From contig CBDCJH010000002.1 in NCBI GenBank assembly GCA_965217775.1, positions 1,536,001-1,600,000 on the forward strand: DNA of 64,000 bases, given 5' to 3'. Each line of letters starts with the position of its first letter. Position 1 is the first letter of the stretch. The notes beneath the pieces were generated by a model. The model had not been told where the DNA came from and made no database searches. It worked only from the letters and a program-made list of their open reading frames with translations. A program made the position numbers and the translations under genes. Source of the DNA: Acidobacteriota bacterium. Its GTDB lineage: Bacteria; Acidobacteriota; UBA6911; RPQK01; JAJDTT01. Shown piece after piece: positions 58,060 through 64,000 of the stretch.

Positions 58060-61000
58060 ATGCGAAGAATCCAAATTGCAATCTTTTTCTTGGGTGTGGC
58101 CCTGATGGCCGCGCCCCTGTCGGCCCAGATCACCTCGGGAGGCATCAGCGGCAGGGTCACGGACGAGACGGGGGGGATCATCCCCGGCGTCGAAGTCCTG
58201 TTGACCAACGTGGGAACAGCCCAGACCTGGGGCGCCGTCACCGGTGACACGGGCACGTACAAGTTCGTGTTTCTGCGGCCCGGCGACTATTCCGTTCGGG
58301 CGGAGTTGGCGGGATTTCAACCGGTGCTGCAGAGAGACGTCGTGGTCCGGGTCAATGAAACCGTTGCCGTCGACATCACTCTTTCACCAAGTGAGATCCA
58401 GGAAGTCGTCGAGGTCCTGGGGACCCCTCCTGCGTTGCAGACCGAGTCGGGTGAAATCGGAGACGTGGTCGATCATGACACCATCGTCAACCTGCCCTTG
58501 AACGGACGGAATTTCATTCAGTTGGTGGAGTTGCAGCCCGGCGCCGTCTCGACCCACAAGCTCCCCGGCGGGGGAATCAGCTTCCACAGCAGTATTTTCG
58601 GGGGCAACTTCTCGGTGCATGGAGCTCCGGCTGAAGGCACGGTCTTCCTGCTGGACGGAATCGACATGAAGGACGCGGTCGATACCCGCGTCGGATTCCG
58701 TATGACCGTCGACGCCATCCAGGAGTTCAAGTTCCAGGCCGGCAACTACTCGGCCGCATTCGGGCGGGCTTCGGGAGGTGTGATCAATATTGCCTCCCGC
58801 GCCGGCGTGAACGACTACCATGGTTCCGCCTGGGGGTTTTTCCGGAACGACGCCTTTGACGCGCGCACTTTCTTCGCCGCGGAGAAGGAGCCCTTCTCGC
58901 AGCAGAACGTCGGGGCCGCCATCGGCGGACCGATCGTGGAAGACCAGACCTTCTTCTTCGTCACCTACGAGGCGATCCGGTCGGACAAGGAAGTGACCCG
59001 CGCCGTCAGCGTGCCCACGGATCTGCACCGGCGGGGAGACTTCAGCGAAGGCAACCCCATCTTCAATCCCTTCGAGCTCGACCCCAACACCGGTCAGCGA
59101 ATGCCTTTTCCGAACAAGATAATTCCCGAGAGCATGTGGCATCCGGTCTCGGTCAAGGCCTTCCAGCGGTTGTTTCCCACGGCGAACCGCCCCGGCATCG
59201 TCAGCAATCTGGTGGACTCCTCCAACCAGCAGGTCCTCAGCGACCAGTTGAACATTCGAATCGATCAGAGGATCGGAGAAGAAGACACCATCTTCGGCCG
59301 CTATACGCTGGTCCGGTACGATCGCCTCTGGCCCTTCGTCTTTGCTTCACTTCCCAATTTCACGACCGTCTGGAAATCCCCGGCTCAGAATGCCGTGTTG
59401 GGTCACACCCACACTTTCGGCGCCAGCGCGGTCAACGACTTCAGGGTCGGCTTCAACCGGCACACCCAGGTTCTGGAGGACTCGGAACAGGAGGTTGCGG
59501 TCAACGAGGAACTGGGCATCAAGGGACTGAGCCCCCGTTTTCTCGGCAACCCCAACATCAACATCTCCGGCCTGGGAGGAACCGGAGCCATCGCCAATGC
59601 GCCCAACAATCGCTCCGACAACCAGTTCGCGATGCGGGAGAACTTCTCCTACATCACCGGCAACCACAATATTTCCACGGGCGCCTCAGTCGACTGGTAT
59701 CAGATGAACGGCGGCCATGCTCTGTTCGCCCACGGCTTATTCACTTTCAACGGAATCTTCACCTCGCAGTTGACCGAAACCGGCACCCAGCCGGGGACGG
59801 GGAACCCGGTGGCGGACTACATCCTGGGCGTTCCCAACCGGACCTCGCGGTGTTGCACCGTCAATGACGGGTTCCGCAACTTTCGCAAGAAGGACTTCGG
59901 CATCTACGTCAACGATGACTGGAAGGTGTCGCCTGATCTGACCTTGAACCTGGGGGTGCGGTACGAACTGTTCCAGCCGCCCTATGAAAAACACGGCCGC
60001 TACGCCCAACCGGATTATTCGCGAGCGCCCGAGTTGGTCCTGGCACACTCCGGAGAGGACATCCCGAGGGGAGTCTACAAGGCGGACAAGAACAACTTCG
60101 CGCCTCGGCTGGGGTTTGCATACCGGATCAACGACCAGACTGTTCTGCGCGGCGGCTACGGGCTGTTCTACATGTCCCCCAACATGGTCTTCTCGTTCTT
60201 CGCCGCCATGTCGCCTCCTTACGTGAGCCCGGAGACCTTCATCTCGGACACGAGGACGCCCCAGTTGTCCTTCAGCGCCCCCTTTCCCGGGGTGGGACTT
60301 CCCAGCTTGAATTTCTACTCCAACGACCCCGGATGGACGGACCCCTACAACCAGGTCTGGAATCTGACCCTGCAGCGGCAGATCGGGAACACCGCCATTT
60401 CCGCCTCCTACATCGGCAACAAGGGAACCAACCTCCTCACCGTCTTCAATACCAACTCCCCGCTGAGACCGGGGCCGGGATCCGTTGCCTCGCGCCGAAT
60501 TATCCCTTCCATCGTGAACGACACCCGGACCGACAACCAGGGCCGGTCGGCCTACCACGGGTTGGAGTTGAGGGCGGAGCAGCGATTCTCCGGGGGCCTG
60601 GGGTTCCTCGCCTCGTACGTCTGGTCCAGGTGCATGGATACCGGCAGCGTCCAGGTCAACGGGGACGGTTCTCCCCGGGGGACACGAGACCCACGCGACT
60701 TCGACGAGGACTGGGGACCCTGTCAATACGACGTTCCGCATCGCTTCGCGGCGAATTGGGTCTATCAGCTTCCCTTCGGCAAGGGAGTGGGGGGACTCGG
60801 CGGAATTTTGCTCAGGAACTGGCGGATTCAAGGGATCGTGACCCTGGAGGGCGGCCAGCCGTTCCATATCGGACTGCCGTACGACAACAGCAACACCGGA
60901 CTCGGGACCGACGTTCCGGATCGCGTGGCGAGTCAGGACCCCAATGCCGGGCCCAAAACCGTGCAGCAGTTCTTCAACATCAAGGCCTTTCAGAATCCGG

Positions 61001-61254
61001 TGCCGTTCACCTATGGGAATCTGGGCCGTAACGTGACCCGGGGTCCGGGGTTCGTCAACGTCGACTTCGGCCTGCATCGCAGGTTCCCCATCACTGAAGA
61101 TCATGTGCTCGAGTTTCGAGGGGAGGTCTTCAACGCCCTCAACCGGGCCAACTTCCTGCAGCCGGCCAATACCTTCGGCACGCCGGCCTTCGGTGTCATC
61201 GGGGGAGCCTTCGAGGCGAGAGAAATCCAGTTCTCGCTGAAGTACACCTTTTAA
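58060..61254 (+). CDS. TonB-dependent receptor with N-terminal carboxypeptidase-regulatory-like domain
   Basis: ISGRVTDETG, NLPLNGRNF, DAIQEFK, DKNNFAPRLGFAY, C-terminal REIQFSLKYTF. Confidence 0.92.
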   Translation: MRRIQIAIFFLGVALMAAPLSAQITSGGISGRVTDETGGIIPGVEVLLTNVGTAQTWGAVTGDTGTYKFVFLRPGDYSVRAELAGFQPVLQRDVVVRVNETVAVDITLSPSEIQEVVEVLGTPPALQTESGEIGDVVDHDTIVNLPLNGRNFIQLVELQPGAVSTHKLPGGGISFHSSIFGGNFSVHGAPAEGTVFLLDGIDMKDAVDTRVGFRMTVDAIQEFKFQAGNYSAAFGRASGGVINIASRAGVNDYHGSAWGFFRNDAFDARTFFAAEKEPFSQQNVGAAIGGPIVEDQTFFFVTYEAIRSDKEVTRAVSVPTDLHRRGDFSEGNPIFNPFELDPNTGQRMPFPNKIIPESMWHPVSVKAFQRLFPTANRPGIVSNLVDSSNQQVLSDQLNIRIDQRIGEEDTIFGRYTLVRYDRLWPFVFASLPNFTTVWKSPAQNAVLGHTHTFGASAVNDFRVGFNRHTQVLEDSEQEVAVNEELGIKGLSPRFLGNPNINISGLGGTGAIANAPNNRSDNQFAMRENFSYITGNHNISTGASVDWYQMNGGHALFAHGLFTFNGIFTSQLTETGTQPGTGNPVADYILGVPNRTSRCCTVNDGFRNFRKKDFGIYVNDDWKVSPDLTLNLGVRYELFQPPYEKHGRYAQPDYSRAPELVLAHSGEDIPRGVYKADKNNFAPRLGFAYRINDQTVLRGGYGLFYMSPNMVFSFFAAMSPPYVSPETFISDTRTPQLSFSAPFPGVGLPSLNFYSNDPGWTDPYNQVWNLTLQRQIGNTAISASYIGNKGTNLLTVFNTNSPLRPGPGSVASRRIIPSIVNDTRTDNQGRSAYHGLELRAEQRFSGGLGFLASYVWSRCMDTGSVQVNGDGSPRGTRDPRDFDEDWGPCQYDVPHRFAANWVYQLPFGKGVGGLGGILLRNWRIQGIVTLEGGQPFHIGLPYDNSNTGLGTDVPDRVASQDPNAGPKTVQQFFNIKAFQNPVPFTYGNLGRNVTRGPGFVNVDFGLHRRFPITEDHVLEFRGEVFNALNRANFLQPANTFGTPAFGVIGGAFEAREIQFSLKYTF

Positions 61255-61340
61255 CGGAAGCGCAGGGGAAGACGGTAGTCACCGCATTGGTTCCGCCGGG
61301 GTTCCCCTGGCGCCGTAGAGCGAGGAACCTGAAGAGAAAC

Positions 61341-62402
61341 ATGTCCCATCAGACAACCGGTTTCGCGACGGGATGGAAGGCCGTCGGCCGCTTGGCCACG
61401 GTGCTTTTCGCCCTCTCCGTCCTGTTTGCCGGAGCAGGTCTCGACCCGGCGTCAGCTCGCTCGGCTGCCGGGCCGGAGGAAGTCACGCTTGATCTCGGAT
61501 CCGGGGTTCAACTGGAACTGGTTCGAATTCCGGCTGGCGAGTTCATGATGGGGGAGACCGACTGGTCCCGTGCCCTGATCGGTCTCTTCGCTCCCCATGA
61601 TCTCCGGGCTCGTCAGGTGACGATCACCAAAGCCTTCTACCTGGGGAAATACGAAGTCACCGTCGGGCAGTTCCGCCGCTTCGTGGAGGACACCGGATAT
61701 CGCACGGACGCCGAAACGGGACGCCGTTCATGGAAGGCCCTGGGGAAGGGCTGCTACACCATGGTGGGCGGGAGCTGGGAGCCTAAGTCCGACGCCTCCT
61801 GGCGGAATCCCGGTTTCCCCCAGGAATCCGACCATCCCGTCACCTGCATCAGCTGGTTCGACGCCGCGGAGTTCTGCCGGTGGCTGAGCCGCCAGGCGGA
61901 ACGAACGGCACGCCTCCCAACCGAAGGCGAGCTGGAGTACGGCCAGCGTGCCCTGACCGTCACCCGCTACTACTGGGGGAAGAGACCCGCCGATTACGTT
62001 CGGGATCCTCGGCTTCCCATCGGATACTGGGCCAATGTGGCGGACGCTGCGATGGGAGACGATTCCGACGCCGATCTTTTCTTGACCGGGACCGAAATGC
62101 GCAGTCTGACCCCAGAGGGGAGGGATGACGGGTACGGCCATACGGCTCCCGTCGGGAAGTTCTACCCGAACCCGCGAGGTCTCTACGACGCCATCGGCAA
62201 CGTCTGGGAATACACGCTGGACTGGGCGGGCGAGGACCCGGCCCGAACCGATCCCCGGGGACCGGACGAAGGCGGGGTCCGGAGCATGCGGGGAGGGAGT
62301 TGGCTCAACAGCCCGGACGCCTATCGGCCTTCCTACCGGCCGGAAATCGATCCGGCGGGACGAACCAGCACCCGGGGAATGCGTGTCCTGGTGGAAGAGT
62401 GA
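61341..62402 (+). CDS. Formylglycine-generating enzyme family (SUMF1/EgtB/PvdO) protein
   Basis: IPAGEFMMG, YEVTVGQF, HPVTCISWFDA, RLPTEGE, PNPRGLYDAIGNVWE, RGGSW. Confidence 0.9.
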   Translation: MSHQTTGFATGWKAVGRLATVLFALSVLFAGAGLDPASARSAAGPEEVTLDLGSGVQLELVRIPAGEFMMGETDWSRALIGLFAPHDLRARQVTITKAFYLGKYEVTVGQFRRFVEDTGYRTDAETGRRSWKALGKGCYTMVGGSWEPKSDASWRNPGFPQESDHPVTCISWFDAAEFCRWLSRQAERTARLPTEGELEYGQRALTVTRYYWGKRPADYVRDPRLPIGYWANVADAAMGDDSDADLFLTGTEMRSLTPEGRDDGYGHTAPVGKFYPNPRGLYDAIGNVWEYTLDWAGEDPARTDPRGPDEGGVRSMRGGSWLNSPDAYRPSYRPEIDPAGRTSTRGMRVLVEE

Positions 62403-62576
62403 TCCCTTCGAATCGAGACCTGCCTCGCTCTCGGTTCCCGAGTCCTCCGATTCTCAATCGTCGATCGTTGGTCCACCGCCAGAATTCGCAGACCTTGCCT
62501 CCTTTCCGCCCGAACTGCTCCCTGTCTTCCGGCAGGGGTTTCCGGGAATCGGAACCGGCTGACCCAAGGAGATCCC

Positions 62577-64000
62577 ATGTCCCGGCCTGAGTACGAGGTG
62601 CGACTGGACCGGCGGGTCCGGGTCCCGATGAGGGATGGGGTGGAGCTGGCCGCCGTCGTCGTTCGCCCTCGTGCGGAGGGACGGTTCCCGGCCATCATGT
62701 CCTACAATCCCTATCGGTGGCTGAGACAGGTCAAGGGCACCAGCTCGGACGCGACGTACAACCACCGTTGGGACGGGCCTCCCTACTTTGCCCAGAGAGG
62801 CTACGCCGTCGTCTATTTCGACGTCCGCGGCACCGGAAACTCGGGCGGGAACACCCAAGACCTCTATTCCGACGAGGAGCGCCTGGACGCCTGCGACATG
62901 GTGGAGTGGATCGCCGCACAGCCCTGGTGCAGCGGCAACGTCGGGATGTGGGGCATGTCCTACGGCGGCGTCGTGCAGTGGCAGGTGGGAGTGCAGAATC
63001 CTCCCGCTCTGAAGACCCTGGTGATCGGATCTTCCAATACGGACATCTACCTGGACTGGACGAACCCGGGCGGCAGCATTCGCCCCTACATGTTCGACAG
63101 CTTCGCGCCCATGATGACCGCCTTCAACATGTCGCCGCCGGACGCGGATATCGTCGGACCCCGCTGGTCGGAATTATGGGAGGAGCGCCTGGAACAGAAC
63201 GTTCCTTGGGGAATCGGTTTCGTCTCGAACCTCCTCCAGGGACCCTATTGGCGGGACCGCTCGCTGCAGCCGGACTACAGCCGGATCAAGGTGCCCGTCA
63301 TGTTCTGGTGCGGCTGGGCCGATCCTTATCCCACTCCCATCCTGAGGGCTTTCTCCAAGCTCGACGTCCCCAAGAAGATCATGCTGGGCCCTTGGGGGCA
63401 CTACTGGCCGGAGGAGGCTCTGCCGGGTCCCCGGATCGATTTCAGGCACGAGATGCTCAAGTGGTTCGATCGGTGGCTCAAGGGTGAGGACACCGGCGTC
63501 ATGGAAGAACCCGCCGTAACCGTCTTCGTACGGCGGTACAAGCGGCCCATAGCACATATGTACCTGGAAGACGCCGGATTCTGGAGGCACGAAGACGAGT
63601 GGCCGCCGGCTAGGAACCAGGACACTCCGTTTTACTTTCACGCCGGCGGAGAACTGAACCGAGAGCTCCCATCCGGCGAGAGTGCTCCCGACGAATACGC
63701 TTACAATCCGGCCGTCGGGATCAGTGCGGGAATCTACTGGGGCGGGGGCATCATGCCCTGGGCAATGCCGGTAGACCAGCGGCTCGACGAGGCCTGGTCC
63801 TTGACCTATACGACTCCCCCTCTGGAGAAGGATCTCGAGGTCACAGGGAACCCGAAGTCCGTGCTCCACGTGGCGTCCTCTGCCGACACCGCCTATTTCC
63901 ACGTGAAGCTCACCGACGTGGCGCCGGACGGCACCTCGAAATGGCTGGCGGACGGCGGGTTGCTCGCCACCCACCGCAATTCTCACTCCGAGCCGGAACC
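62577..64000 (+). CDS. CocE/NonD family hydrolase (runs off the window end)
   Basis: My translation from ATG 62577: VRVPMRDGVELAA, DVRGTGNSGG, QPWCSGNVGMWGMSYGG, GPWGH; absent from the ORF track because there is no stop in the window. Confidence 0.9.
   Translation, partial: MSRPEYEVRLDRRVRVPMRDGVELAAVVVRPRAEGRFPAIMSYNPYRWLRQVKGTSSDATYNHRWDGPPYFAQRGYAVVYFDVRGTGNSGGNTQDLYSDEERLDACDMVEWIAAQPWCSGNVGMWGMSYGGVVQWQVGVQNPPALKTLVIGSSNTDIYLDWTNPGGSIRPYMFDSFAPMMTAFNMSPPDADIVGPRWSELWEERLEQNVPWGIGFVSNLLQGPYWRDRSLQPDYSRIKVPVMFWCGWADPYPTPILRAFSKLDVPKKIMLGPWGHYWPEEALPGPRIDFRHEMLKWFDRWLKGEDTGVMEEPAVTVFVRRYKRPIAHMYLEDAGFWRHEDEWPPARNQDTPFYFHAGGELNRELPSGESAPDEYAYNPAVGISAGIYWGGGIMPWAMPVDQRLDEAWSLTYTTPPLEKDLEVTGNPKSVLHVASSADTAYFHVKLTDVAPDGTSKWLADGGLLATHRNSHSEPE

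Overview
GC-rich bacterial window, probably from an Acidobacteriota genome (inferred from the carboxypeptidase-regulatory-domain TonB receptor and the PQQ/FG-GAP propeller proteins). Most of it is metabolic and transport genes: cyclase, a truncated Aas, NCS2 and SSS permeases, an ABC transporter plus CrtC/AttH-like gene, ferritin, acyl-CoA enzymes, an acetoin-dehydrogenase-like E1a/E1b/E2 set with AcoX-like kinase and divergent GcvPA/PB, a TonB receptor and CocE. Two families of REP-like palindromes are scattered between genes. Accessory content: (i) a decayed lower-GC island at about 12.5-19.5 kb with a trypsin-like protease, FN3-like protein, PD-(D/E)XK nuclease and two SLATT-like genes; (ii) an OLD-nuclease/UvrD (Gabija-like) pair between two diverged copies of an ABC-ATPase gene; (iii) a complete IS1595-family element at 31488-33249 with perfect 22-bp TIRs, an 8-bp TSD and a deleted MTase-REase passenger. 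The main finding is a TnpB with intact catalytic motifs forming a 1244-bp cassette (53794-55037). It is bounded by IS1595-type TIRs that match the resident IS1595 at 20/22 and 18/22, with an 8-bp near-perfect TSD, which suggests an RNA-guided nuclease mobilised by a DDE transposase rather than by TnpA. No CRISPR array, tRNA or rRNA was seen.
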